NCBI GenBank assembly: GCA_963716145.1 | Contig: OY970292.1 | Coordinates: forward strand, 469,171-533,170 | DNA: 64,000 bases | Direction: 5' to 3' | Source: Candidatus Levyibacteriota bacterium | GTDB lineage: Bacteria > Patescibacteriota > Microgenomatia > Levybacterales > UBA12049 | Shown: positions 1 to 9,348 of the stretch, in pieces | Layout: each line of letters opens with the position of its first letter | Position numbering within the stretch: position 1 is the first letter of the stretch | Made by a program: the position numbers and the translations under genes | Notes under the pieces: model-generated | What the model was told of the DNA's origin: nothing | Databases searched by the model: none | Seen by the model: the letters and a program-made list of their open reading frames with translations, nothing else

Positions 1-686
1 TGGAAGCGGCAAAAGAACTATCCCTTTTTTCGCAAAAGCCTTTTTACGTTTACCCGATTCACCTATTGCTTCTTGAGAACCAACAACAATATATCCAAGC
101 TTCTCATCATTCGGAAAGAGCTCCCTCAACGGATCAAGTTTTGCCTCTATTACCTCTTGTCTTTGTGCGTAATTCAATGTGTACTTATTTTTTTTACCCT
201 TAGAATCTGCCGTAGGAGCGGATTTAACCTCCACCAGCGTGAGCAAACCTCCAGCACGAAAAAGATTGTCAAAATCAGTTACTGTTGCCACAGTTCCACC
301 AGGACCTACTTTTCTAATCACATCAACTGTTCCTGCGCCTTTAACTCTTTTAAACATGTATGTCTTTGTTTCGGACGGAAGTTTAATGGGATTTAGAACT
401 ATTTCAGGATCTGTTTTGGAGAATTCCTCCAATACATACGCAACATGAGCTTCTGCTAAAAAACCAACCAAATCTGCCAATTGTGGATCTGATTCTCTTT
501 CGGCCATTAATGCTTGAACTCGCTGCATTGCTTTTTCCGGATAAAAAGCCCTGTTTATAAATCTACTAGAAATTCTTTTCAATGCTTCATTGGTTGTGAA
601 TTGAGGCTCTGATATTGGTGAAGTAAGATTTTCGTCTCGTGGAATTTGCTCTTCAGACCTACCGCCTCTTACTTCTTCATTTCCCA
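1..686 (-). CDS. hypothetical protein, partial (runs off window start); start codon complement at 684-686
   Basis: Own translation of the minus strand gives an open frame MGNEEVRGGRSEEQIPRDENLTSPISEP...KKGIVLLPLP with no stop before position 1. It is absent from the ORF track because it is truncated by the window edge. No recognisable family. Confidence 0.4.
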
Positions 687-737
687 TAACAGTAAAATTA
701 TACAATAAACGATGGAAATCTTCAAACTACAGGATAG

Positions 738-1127
738 TTATTTTGTAGGATCTAGGGGGGGCTGATTCTCTCTTTTCCTCTTTGCATCAAAATATTGGAC
801 CAACTTACGGTCATTGAAGTCGCCAGTAGGTTTCATCAGCCCTTTCAAATCTTCTCCAGAAATACACTCAACAAGTCCCAATCGCAAAGCCTCTAAAGGA
901 TTATTTAGTCCTCCTCTTTTGTAGATCGCGCTAAGTACTCTTCTGTCTTCCTCAAGCCTCTGGACTATTTCAGGTTTATCATCAAGTTCTCCATCTACCT
1001 CTCTCATTGTCTGAACACGCACTCTGGGGCCCACTTCATTCCAAAGTTGTTGCCTGCTTTCATCAGAAAGCGCTTCCACCTGACTTACTCTATCTAATCC
1101 AGCTCCTTCTTCATTTCCTACGTCCAT
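738..1127 (-). CDS. hypothetical protein (129 aa)
   Basis: Intact ORF. The local region 700-1530 is visibly GC-richer than the rest of the window. No family recognised. Confidence 0.3.
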   Translation of the reverse strand: MDVGNEEGAGLDRVSQVEALSDESRQQLWNEVGPRVRVQTMREVDGELDDKPEIVQRLEEDRRVLSAIYKRGGLNNPLEALRLGLVECISGEDLKGLMKPTGDFNDRKLVQYFDAKRKRENQPPLDPTK

Positions 1128-1199
1128 ATCTATATTATAACATTACTTGCCAAATATTCTTAAGTGTTCTATAATTCCAATTTATAAACTTATAAACCT

Positions 1200-1523
1200 A
1201 TGAGCACGCCTGAACACGCACACAATAGACCGGACCGCACTGGAGCAGGAGCAATGGTACGGCAATACTACGATCATATTGACGAATTAGGATACGCTGG
1301 TGCTACTACCAGATTAGATGAAGACTTAAGATCCAATCCTCGACTTACTCCATTTGCTAGATATACTGTGATGAAAATGGTATTAACAGATGAGATGAAC
1401 AAGCTTGACAGGAGAGATCCAAACATTAAAATACTTCAAGGATGGTGGGTACGAAATGCAGACGAAAAGCTGAGATACGATCATGCTCGACGCCGAAATT
1501 CGCGGCATTGCAGGAAGCACTAA
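1200..1523 (+). CDS. hypothetical protein (107 aa), Arg-rich C-terminus
   Basis: Intact ORF in a GC-richer segment. No family recognised. Confidence 0.3.
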   Translation: MSTPEHAHNRPDRTGAGAMVRQYYDHIDELGYAGATTRLDEDLRSNPRLTPFARYTVMKMVLTDEMNKLDRRDPNIKILQGWWVRNADEKLRYDHARRRNSRHCRKH

Positions 1524-1574
1524 ATCACAAACGGGACATAGACTAGTTTTATGCCCCGCTATTTACGAATATTC

Positions 1575-2042
1575 CTAAACTTGATCCACTGTCGATTCAA
1601 CTTCTGTTTTGGTCACTGGCTTGGCCATGTGAATTAGCTGAACTATACCAAAAGCAACCAGCGCGTATACGGCTGCTGCTATTATAGTTGACCACTCAAA
1701 TACAGAACCTTGTTGGGTTACCGAAACATTAAACAATCCATTAAAAGGTCCGGCAAAAGGACCGCTCAGTGCATAAACCAAAGTCGCAAATCCACTGAAA
1801 GGATTTGCCCCAAGAGCTCTTAAAACCATCCTAAAAGCCAATAAAACCTCAATAACTGCCAATATATACCATATTATCTGGTATGCTCTGAATATCGTTT
1901 TCTTCTTTTGAAAAACCTTGTGCGGCGGCTCAGTTGTAACAGCAGGAGGAACAACTGTTTTGGTCGTTCTCACCACTTCCTGAGGCGGCAAAGTCTCCGA
2001 TGTCGTTACTATTTCTTCTGTTTGTGCGTTTGTTTCATCCAT
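1575..2042 (-). CDS. YggT family membrane protein (start moved to MDETNAQ to avoid overlap with gnd)
   Basis: The C-terminal half (RALGANPFSGFATLVYALSGPFAGPFNGLF ... IIAAAVYALVAFGIVQL) matches the YggT/Ycf19 repeat signature. The ORF-track version 1575..2135 would overlap the gnd 3' end by 85 nt. Confidence 0.5.
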   Translation of the reverse strand: MDETNAQTEEIVTTSETLPPQEVVRTTKTVVPPAVTTEPPHKVFQKKKTIFRAYQIIWYILAVIEVLLAFRMVLRALGANPFSGFATLVYALSGPFAGPFNGLFNVSVTQQGSVFEWSTIIAAAVYALVAFGIVQLIHMAKPVTKTEVESTVDQV

Positions 2043-2049
2043 AAATAAA

Positions 2050-2964
2050 TCACCCCATCTCTTTTTTAATTGCCTGTACAATTTTCGCAACGGTTGTATC
2101 CGCGATTGCTTTATCGTATTGGGATTTTTCGGCAAATTCCAGGGATTTTTCGGTCACAGGAGTTGGAACACTGGTCTCTTTTGCCCTCTCTTGTGCCCAT
2201 TTCGTAAGACTTGATGAATGAATCCTGCCGTCAAATTGGGAAAGATTGGGATCTTTTACCATTGCGTCAATTGCCATATCCAATAAAAAGCTTGAAACAA
2301 TCGCTCCCCCTTGCCAGGTGTTTGCCGCCTCCGCGGGATCCAGCTGATAATCTGATTTCCTAAGAATCCCTATGCCTTCGGCAATTGCCTGCATCATTCC
2401 GGCCTCAATTGCGCTGTGCACCATATTTACAAAATGCCCGCTTCCCCCGCTCCCAAAATATGTATGAATACCGTTGGGTTTTGCAAGACTCTCCAGAATA
2501 GGAACAATATATTGATATGCATCAGGATTCCCGCCAACCATCAAACAGCATCCATTCTCAAGCGCATTCACTCCTCCCTCGATACCAATCCCCAAAAATT
2601 TTACTCCCTTTTTTTCAAATTCATCAAAACGCCTTTGAGTATCTTTGAAATTGGAGTTACCCCCATCAATTACAATATCTCCTGCGTCAGTAAATTGATT
2701 TAACTGCAAAAGTAAACTTTCGGTTGGTTCTCCAGGTACCTGCATTGACCACATTACTTTGGGCTTTCTTAAAATATTTTGCATTTCTTCAATGGAGTGA
2801 ACTAGTATCAGCTTTTGATTAACTATAAACTCTGCCTTTTCAGTGCGGATTTCTTCAAGCGCGTCTTTTGAATTATTCCAGATGACCAATTCATGTCCAT
2901 CAGCCAATAATTTTTCGGCAATTAATTTGCCCGTTTTCGATAAACCTAGAATTGCAAGTTGCAT
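2050..2964 (-). CDS. gnd: 6-phosphogluconate dehydrogenase (decarboxylating), short NAD(P)-binding type
   Basis: N-terminal Rossmann start MQLAILGLSKTGKLIAEKL. Central GNPDAYQYIVPILESLA and GIGIEGGVNALENG motifs typical of the short (about 300 aa) 6PGDH. Sits in a cluster with zwf and pgl. Confidence 0.75.
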   Translation of the reverse strand: MQLAILGLSKTGKLIAEKLLADGHELVIWNNSKDALEEIRTEKAEFIVNQKLILVHSIEEMQNILRKPKVMWSMQVPGEPTESLLLQLNQFTDAGDIVIDGGNSNFKDTQRRFDEFEKKGVKFLGIGIEGGVNALENGCCLMVGGNPDAYQYIVPILESLAKPNGIHTYFGSGGSGHFVNMVHSAIEAGMMQAIAEGIGILRKSDYQLDPAEAANTWQGGAIVSSFLLDMAIDAMVKDPNLSQFDGRIHSSSLTKWAQERAKETSVPTPVTEKSLEFAEKSQYDKAIADTTVAKIVQAIKKEMG

Positions 2965-3069
2965 AGAGGTATCTTTATCTAACCATATAATGCTGCCTCT
3001 TTCAAGTAGAAAGATTTTACTTATTGAAATCGCTGTGTAAATAAGTATATACTTGTTAGATTAAACACT

Positions 3070-4353
3070 ATGGATGATTCAAGCATTTATCAAAAATCAA
3101 AAGAGGAAATACTGAATATCGGGAAAAAATATAAAATTCCGCAAGACAAACTGGAAGAGTTTTTGGCTCCTGACCGCGTAGTCCGTGTAAAAATTCCACT
3201 GACTCTTGACTCCGAAATTGTGGTATTTAAAGGTTACCGAAGCCAGCATAATAATAAGCTTGGTCCATACAAAGGCGGCCTGAGATTTCATCCCAAGGTA
3301 AGTAAAGATGAAGTAATGGCGCTTTCTTTATGGATGAGTTTAAAAACCGCGATTGTCGGTGTCCCTTTGGGGGGAGGAAAAGGTGGAATAGCAATTGATC
3401 CAAAAGAACTGACAGAAACCCAAATTGAGGAAATTTCGAGAACCTACGTAAGGCAAATGTTTGACATTTTAGGCTTTGACAAAGATGTTCCTGCACCGGA
3501 TGTCAACACCAATCCAAAAATTATGGATTGGATGGTGGATGAGTACATCAAAATTGCTAAGAAGAAAAAACTTAATCTACCCGTAAACAATCTCTATGCA
3601 ACATTCACCGGCAAAGCCAAACAAGGTGTAGCCGGTAGAACTGAAGCAACGGGATTTGGCGGAGTAGTTACATTGAAAGAGCTGGCCAAAAAGCTAAAAC
3701 TTAACCCCAAAAAAACAACAATCGCCATAATGGGTTTTGGAAATGTCGGTTACTATTTTGCCTATTTTGCACAACTTGCGGGTTTTCAGGTAGTTGCTGT
3801 TTCTGACTCCAAAGGAGGAATCAGCAAAAAAGGCCCGGATGGAAAATTAATTCCTTTAGACATTCCCCTTGTAATGGAATGTAAGCAAAAATCAGGCAGC
3901 CTTGCCGGGTGTTACTGCGCAGGAGGAGTTTGCGATACTGATGGAGGACAATTTATTTCCAATGAGGAGCTCTTAAAACTCCCTGTTGATATTTTGGTAC
4001 CAGCAGCGCTTGAAGATGTCATAAACGAAAACAATCTGACAAATATAAAAGCCAAGATAATTGTTGAGATGGCCAATGGCCCTGTTTCGCCCAAAGCATA
4101 CGACCATTTAACCAATAAAAAAGTAATTATCGTGCCTGATATTTTGGCAAATTCCGGAGGAGTTGCCTGCTCATATTTTGAATGGGAACAAAATTTAAAC
4201 AACAAAAAATACAAAAAAGAAGATGTGCTGGCTCGGTTGGAAAAATTGATGGCAATAGCCTTTGAAAAAGTATGGAGTGAATCTGTAAAAAATAAATGCA
4301 GTCTCAAAGAGGCTTCTTACCTGGTGGCCCTCAATAAAATTTTTAGTAAGTAA
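3070..4353 (+). CDS. gdhA: Glu/Leu/Phe/Val family dehydrogenase (glutamate dehydrogenase)
   Basis: Classic GDH active-site block KGGLRFHPKVSKDEVMALSLWMSLKTAIVGVPLGGGKGGI. C-terminal NAD-binding GFGNVGYY. Confidence 0.9.
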   Translation: MDDSSIYQKSKEEILNIGKKYKIPQDKLEEFLAPDRVVRVKIPLTLDSEIVVFKGYRSQHNNKLGPYKGGLRFHPKVSKDEVMALSLWMSLKTAIVGVPLGGGKGGIAIDPKELTETQIEEISRTYVRQMFDILGFDKDVPAPDVNTNPKIMDWMVDEYIKIAKKKKLNLPVNNLYATFTGKAKQGVAGRTEATGFGGVVTLKELAKKLKLNPKKTTIAIMGFGNVGYYFAYFAQLAGFQVVAVSDSKGGISKKGPDGKLIPLDIPLVMECKQKSGSLAGCYCAGGVCDTDGGQFISNEELLKLPVDILVPAALEDVINENNLTNIKAKIIVEMANGPVSPKAYDHLTNKKVIIVPDILANSGGVACSYFEWEQNLNNKKYKKEDVLARLEKLMAIAFEKVWSESVKNKCSLKEASYLVALNKIFSK

Positions 4354-4391
4354 CCAAAATTGTCATAGCCACTTTCTTCCGTCTTTTTCAA

Positions 4392-5831
4392 TTAATTCCC
4401 TAGCCTGATCCGGTCCCAGCTTCCCCGAGGATAGACAGTAATCGGGGATTTGTCTTTTTCAAATCCCTTCAAAATGTTTGAAATAAGTTTCCATGAACTT
4501 TCCAATTCGTCAGATCTATTAAAAAGCATTTGGTCTCCCTGAAAAATATCAAGTATTAATTTTTCATAAGCACCTCTTACTCTCCCTCCAAACTCCTCCG
4601 AATAATTAAATTTCATATCAACTGTCCCAAGACTTACATCTTGACCGGGCTTTTTTACAATCACACTCATGCCAATCCCCTCATTGGGTTGAATACGAAT
4701 TGTCAGGACATTTCCCACTTCCGGGCATCCATATTCCTTAAATAATAAATGACAAGTCTGACGAAAAACTATCCGGATATCCATACGCTCTTCTTTTAAT
4801 TTTTTTCCAAATCTGAGATAAAAAGGAACATCCTGAAATCTCGGCGTATCAACAAATAATTTCATCGCCACATATGTCTCCGTGTTGGAGTCTGCTGCCA
4901 CATCGTCTTTATCTTTATACTTTTCATATTGTCCCCGCACTGCAGACTGAGCTACGTCTTTTGGACCAATAGCACGGATTGCTTTTATCGCGTTTGCCCG
5001 GGCATCCCTCACTCCCTCTTTTGAAAAGCTTTTGGGCTGCTCCATTGCAACTGTGGCCAAAATCTGAAGCAGATGATTCTGTCCGACATCACGAAGCATT
5101 CCCACTCCGTCAAAAAATCTCCCTCTTTTTCCGATACCCTTTTCTTCAGCCAAGGTTATTTGCACATGATCTATATGCTCCTTATTCCAGACAGGCTCAA
5201 AAATACTGTTAGCAAAGCGGAACGCGATCATATTTTGGACCGTTTCTTTTCCCAGATAATGATCAACTCTATAAATCTGATGCTCTTCAAAAATTTCGGC
5301 CAATTTTTTATCAAGTTTTCTTGCTGTCGCCAAATCGCGCCCAAAAGGTTTTTCAATTGCAAGTCTTACAAAATTTCCAACGTTGATCTGCTTACCAGCC
5401 GTAGCCTTGGTGAAGGCCGGACCACATCCTTCTGAAAGCTTACTGCTTTTTAGATTTTTAAGAATAGAGAGATAATTGTCCGGTGGCGTTGCTAGATAAA
5501 ACAAACGTGTAATACAGGCGCCAATTTTCTCGTCAAACATGTTTAACTTTTTTATAAGCGCCTCATAACCCTTTTTTTCATCAAAAAGACCTTTTTGATA
5601 AAATATATTTTTGGAAAAATCCGCCCACTTGGGATCTTTATGCGTCTCTAGTTCATCCCCGAGCATATGCGCGTACTGTTCGTCTGTAAAATCACGTCTT
5701 GCAAATCCAACAATAAAAAATTCTGATCCCAACTGTCCCTGTTTGTAAAGAGAAAACAATGCTGGAATTAATTTATGCTGGGCCAGGTCCCCGGTGGCAC
5801 CAAAAATGACTAAAATGAATGGAGAGTTCAT
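4392..5831 (-). CDS. zwf: glucose-6-phosphate 1-dehydrogenase
   Basis: N-terminal ILVIFGATGDLAQHKLIPALFSLY (NADP-binding). G6PD signature RVDHYLGKE. 479 aa. Confidence 0.9.
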   Translation of the reverse strand: MNSPFILVIFGATGDLAQHKLIPALFSLYKQGQLGSEFFIVGFARRDFTDEQYAHMLGDELETHKDPKWADFSKNIFYQKGLFDEKKGYEALIKKLNMFDEKIGACITRLFYLATPPDNYLSILKNLKSSKLSEGCGPAFTKATAGKQINVGNFVRLAIEKPFGRDLATARKLDKKLAEIFEEHQIYRVDHYLGKETVQNMIAFRFANSIFEPVWNKEHIDHVQITLAEEKGIGKRGRFFDGVGMLRDVGQNHLLQILATVAMEQPKSFSKEGVRDARANAIKAIRAIGPKDVAQSAVRGQYEKYKDKDDVAADSNTETYVAMKLFVDTPRFQDVPFYLRFGKKLKEERMDIRIVFRQTCHLLFKEYGCPEVGNVLTIRIQPNEGIGMSVIVKKPGQDVSLGTVDMKFNYSEEFGGRVRGAYEKLILDIFQGDQMLFNRSDELESSWKLISNILKGFEKDKSPITVYPRGSWDRIRLGN

Positions 5832-5844
5832 GCAGTTATCTATT

Positions 5845-6606
5845 CTATACTTTTTGGTCAGTAATTAAAAGTGTCTTCTGAGCAATTTCAGGCCTTTTAT
5901 AAAATCTAGCCGGAATCTCCTGCTCCGACCCATCTCCAAACATCAAATCAAGCGCTTCTTTTTTATCCGCTCCAAAAACCAATAAGATCAACAAATCCAC
6001 CATCTCCAAACCCAAAAAGGTCATTGTGACCCGTTCTTTAAACATGCCTGTTGGATCATCAAATTCCGAAAATAATAAATTTTTCCTTGATTCATCAAAA
6101 ACAGGATTTGCAAAATCCTTTCTATTGGGCGCAATCCCGGATGTATGTCCGTCTCCTCCTATCCCCATAATCGCAATGCTTCTCTGGAAAACAGAATTTA
6201 ACTCCCGCATTTTTTCATCCGAGTCAGAAGCTGTTTCTTCTCTGGACTTTCCTTGAAGAATCTGATGAAATGGGATATTGCGGATTTCAAGATAGCGTGT
6301 AAGACCAGTTCCTTTTATCATCAGTTGATTGCTGGTTGGATGAAGAGGTTCACCATAGCGCTCATCAACCTGTCCAATAGTCCCTGGCATTAGCACTTCT
6401 TCCTCAGCAAGCTTTGCGTAGAGAGTTTTTGGAGTACTTCCACCTGAAAGATAAAGAACGGTTCTTCTATCAACAATTTTGTAAAGTATGTCTTTTGTCA
6501 GCTCAATGCCGGCATTTGAATCTGCCACACTTGCAAACGTAATTCCCTGATTTTTGTGGGACAAAATATTTTTCTTTTTAAATATTTCTTCAACTTGGTC
6601 AAACAT
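5845..6606 (-). CDS. pgl: 6-phosphogluconolactonase
   Basis: LYLSGGSTP ... VDERY ... GIGGDGHTSGIAP motifs of the Pgl/NagB family. Lies between zwf and rseP, completing zwf-pgl-gnd. Confidence 0.8.
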   Translation of the reverse strand: MFDQVEEIFKKKNILSHKNQGITFASVADSNAGIELTKDILYKIVDRRTVLYLSGGSTPKTLYAKLAEEEVLMPGTIGQVDERYGEPLHPTSNQLMIKGTGLTRYLEIRNIPFHQILQGKSREETASDSDEKMRELNSVFQRSIAIMGIGGDGHTSGIAPNRKDFANPVFDESRKNLLFSEFDDPTGMFKERVTMTFLGLEMVDLLILLVFGADKKEALDLMFGDGSEQEIPARFYKRPEIAQKTLLITDQKV

Positions 6607-6611
6607 AAACT

Positions 6612-7808
6612 TTACTTAAATGTCTGAAAAATATCTTTGAAGGTTACCAGGATTATCAATCCGATTAATACCGCCATACCGATTGCATTTGCATACGCTT
6701 CAAATTTGGGGTTTAATTTACGTCTTGTTATAGCCTCTATTTCGATAAAAAATAATCTTCCGCCATCAAGACCGGGAATTGGGAGAATATTGAAAAATGC
6801 CAGAGAAAGAGAAAGTGTACCGGCTATATTGAGTATCTGCAGAAATGCCTCTTTCATGTCCGGAATTTTTATGACATCTCCGACTATTTTAAATATCATC
6901 ACAGGCCCTCCTACATTTTTACTAAGCGGTTCCGCGGTTTTTTCTTTGACAGACTGCTTGAATATTGTTTTTATTCCGTCCACGTTATAAAGAAATGTGT
7001 TGTATGTGTGAGAAAATCCTGAAAACATCATCTGCGAGGGCTTTTGGTAGCTGAGAATTGCCAGATTATATGGATTAAAATCAAAAGCTATACCAACTGA
7101 TCCTTCATTTTTGGGAGGTGAAACTCTAGGTGTAATTTTGGCTGAAAATTCCTTGTTCTTCCTTATATCAAACCATTCAATTGTTGTTTCTTTTCCCTTG
7201 TTTTTATTTATAATTGCTATTAGATCATTGTTGCTGGTAATTTTTTTATTGTTTATTGATGTAAGCACTGACGGAGGTTTAACTCCAGCCTTGTCAGCAG
7301 GAGAATTTGGAGCGACTCTGCCAATTGATGCGCCCTTGGGTATTATTTTCTGATTTACACCCATAAAATGCGGAGCATTCTCTCCCAATAAAGGGATTAC
7401 TGTCTGAAAATTGGAAATCCCCAAAAAAGCATAAAAAATAACAACAGCCAAAAGCAAGTTCATCACAACTCCGGCGATAATTACCGAGGCTCTCTGCCAA
7501 ATTGAACGGCTGAAAAAAGCCCGGTGCTCCGCAACTTTGAACTTTGAACTTTGAACTTTGAACTTGACGCGGCCGGCGCCAGCGTCGTCTTCTCCATACA
7601 ATTTAACAAACCCTCCAATAAGAGCCGGATAGAAAGAATAAAGAGTCTCTCCCCTTTTTACGGAAAATAACGCTTTTGTTAAGGGAAGACCAAATCCAAA
7701 TTCTTCAACCTTAATTCCAAACTTCTTGGCGACAAAAAAATGACCTGCTTCATGAATGAGAACCAATACTGAGAGAAGGAGAAGAAAAACAAGAGCGGTA
7801 ATAAACAT
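6612..7808 (-). CDS. rseP: RIP metalloprotease RseP (site-2 protease, M50 family with PDZ domain)
   Basis: HEAGHFFVAKKFGIKVEEFGFGLP (HExxH in TM1). Central PDZ-like region. C-terminal LDGG motif (NILPIPGLDGGRLFF). Confidence 0.85.
   Translation of the reverse strand: MFITALVFLLLLSVLVLIHEAGHFFVAKKFGIKVEEFGFGLPLTKALFSVKRGETLYSFYPALIGGFVKLYGEDDAGAGRVKFKVQSSKFKVAEHRAFFSRSIWQRASVIIAGVVMNLLLAVVIFYAFLGISNFQTVIPLLGENAPHFMGVNQKIIPKGASIGRVAPNSPADKAGVKPPSVLTSINNKKITSNNDLIAIINKNKGKETTIEWFDIRKNKEFSAKITPRVSPPKNEGSVGIAFDFNPYNLAILSYQKPSQMMFSGFSHTYNTFLYNVDGIKTIFKQSVKEKTAEPLSKNVGGPVMIFKIVGDVIKIPDMKEAFLQILNIAGTLSLSLAFFNILPIPGLDGGRLFFIEIEAITRRKLNPKFEAYANAIGMAVLIGLIILVTFKDIFQTFK
7533..7565. repeat. 33-nt tandem heptamer block (AACTTTG)x4+AACTT inserted in frame in rseP (codes FKVQSSKFKVQ)
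   Basis: Read directly from the sequence. An identical block occurs in topA at 45591-45623. Confidence 0.9.
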
Positions 7809-7843
7809 CTAGCTATTATAGCATATAGCCAATGGCATATGGC

Positions 7844-8227
7844 TTATAGAAGAGTTCGTTTAAACGCTTGAATTTTCTTTACTAAGATTTCAGCTTGTTC
7901 ATAGAATTCAAGTCTTTCTTTTTCAGTAATATATCCTTGCTCTTTGGCGAGATAAAGAAGAGAAACTGTTTCAAAAGCTGATTTGATAGCAATGTCTAAA
8001 AAGTGAGAAAAATCTTTTTTAGAACTGCTACCTGATCCTTCTGCTATATTTGTAGAAATAGAACTTACAGCTCTTCTTAACTGATTTGTTAACGCAAATA
8101 ATTCATCCTTGGGGAAATTTTTTGTTAATATATAGATCTTTTTTGCGTAATTTACCGCATCTTTCCAAATGTTTAAATGTTCAAACCGAAATGCCATACC
8201 TTGGTAATAGCTTATTGCATCTAACAA
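7844..8227 (-). CDS. four-helix-bundle protein (TIGR02436 / 23S rRNA intervening-sequence protein family)
   Basis: FEHLNIWKDAVNYAKKIYILTKNFPKDELFALTNQLRRAVSSISTNIAEGSG...DFSHFLDIAIKSAFETVSLLYLAKEQGYI matches the family signature. Flanked on both sides by GCYATWWGC heptamer repeats. Confidence 0.8.
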   Translation of the reverse strand: MLDAISYYQGMAFRFEHLNIWKDAVNYAKKIYILTKNFPKDELFALTNQLRRAVSSISTNIAEGSGSSSKKDFSHFLDIAIKSAFETVSLLYLAKEQGYITEKERLEFYEQAEILVKKIQAFKRTLL

Positions 8228-8315
8228 ATGGTTTCAAGTAGCCAAAAATGGTCAACTGCCATAAGCTATAAGCTATTTGCAATAAGCCGGCACTTGCTTG
8301 CAATAATGGCAAAAA

Positions 8316-9347
8316 TTGGCTAGTGTAATTAGTATGGGAGCAGACAACGGAGCAGATATTGATAGAGGAAAAGTTCAGCATACTAAACGCGATGAAGAGA
8401 TGATGCAGGTCAAAAAACCCGATGATCTGCCGACAATCTTATCCAAAGAAATTAAAGTTTCACCAGACCAACGAGTCTTAGAATATGATCTTGAAGCAGC
8501 AGCCGACAATGCAGAAAGGGATAGAGCATTTTTTGTGCGGCGAGCTGAGGATGAACTTAGTGGTAAAGCTCTTGCTGGTACTCACGATAATGAAGTAGTA
8601 ACCGCAGCAGAAAAAATTATAAAAGATGCAGCCAAAAAGGGAAAAGAGTCTCAATCAGAGACAAAAGCTTCTGTTGAAGGTGGGGTCGATAAGTATGCGC
8701 CACCACCAGAGCTAACTCCATATGAGCTTGCAAAGAAAATATTAAAAAGGCCTGTTTTGCATGAAGCTGATTATAAGAAGAGAAACAACGCAATGGCTGA
8801 GGTGATTGAGCGAGTAGGAGCCGACTTTGAGTCAGCCGGATTTGAGGATTTAGCCGCGATATTCAATGCTGAAGAAGAAGACCTTGAGGCCAAAAAAGTA
8901 GAATTAGAAGAGAAAGGAATAGAACCATTTCAAGCACAATGGCTTAGAATAGAACTGGACGAGATCCGTATACACCAGGAAACCCTTGGTATTATGATGA
9001 GTGGGCCGGATAAAATGAAGGATGATGATTACCGTGCCGTTGCGCTTAATATGTTTGTCCGCAAAAGATATGACCAAATGGAAAAAGCTGAGATAAACTC
9101 AGAAGCTGCCATGAAACAACTAGATAAAAAACTGGATAAAACAAGAGATGCTCTAATGGAACTTGGGACGGATCAAGATCCACAAGCCATTTTAGACAAA
9201 ATAGATAAATTGGAAAAAAAGAAAAGGGAATTTACTGATGCTCTTAAAGTAATCAGCGAGGCTCTTCCTCTCTTTATAGTTTTTGATGATATAACTGGTG
9301 AATATGGAGGCGACAACTTTAGAGCGGAGGATTACGGAGAGGAATAA
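8316..9347 (+). CDS. hypothetical acidic coiled-coil protein (343 aa; true start may be an internal Met)
   Basis: Long ORF, highly charged (K/E/D-rich), no TM segment. No family recognised. Confidence 0.45.
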   Translation: MASVISMGADNGADIDRGKVQHTKRDEEMMQVKKPDDLPTILSKEIKVSPDQRVLEYDLEAAADNAERDRAFFVRRAEDELSGKALAGTHDNEVVTAAEKIIKDAAKKGKESQSETKASVEGGVDKYAPPPELTPYELAKKILKRPVLHEADYKKRNNAMAEVIERVGADFESAGFEDLAAIFNAEEEDLEAKKVELEEKGIEPFQAQWLRIELDEIRIHQETLGIMMSGPDKMKDDDYRAVALNMFVRKRYDQMEKAEINSEAAMKQLDKKLDKTRDALMELGTDQDPQAILDKIDKLEKKKREFTDALKVISEALPLFIVFDDITGEYGGDNFRAEDYGEE

Positions 9348-9348
9348 T

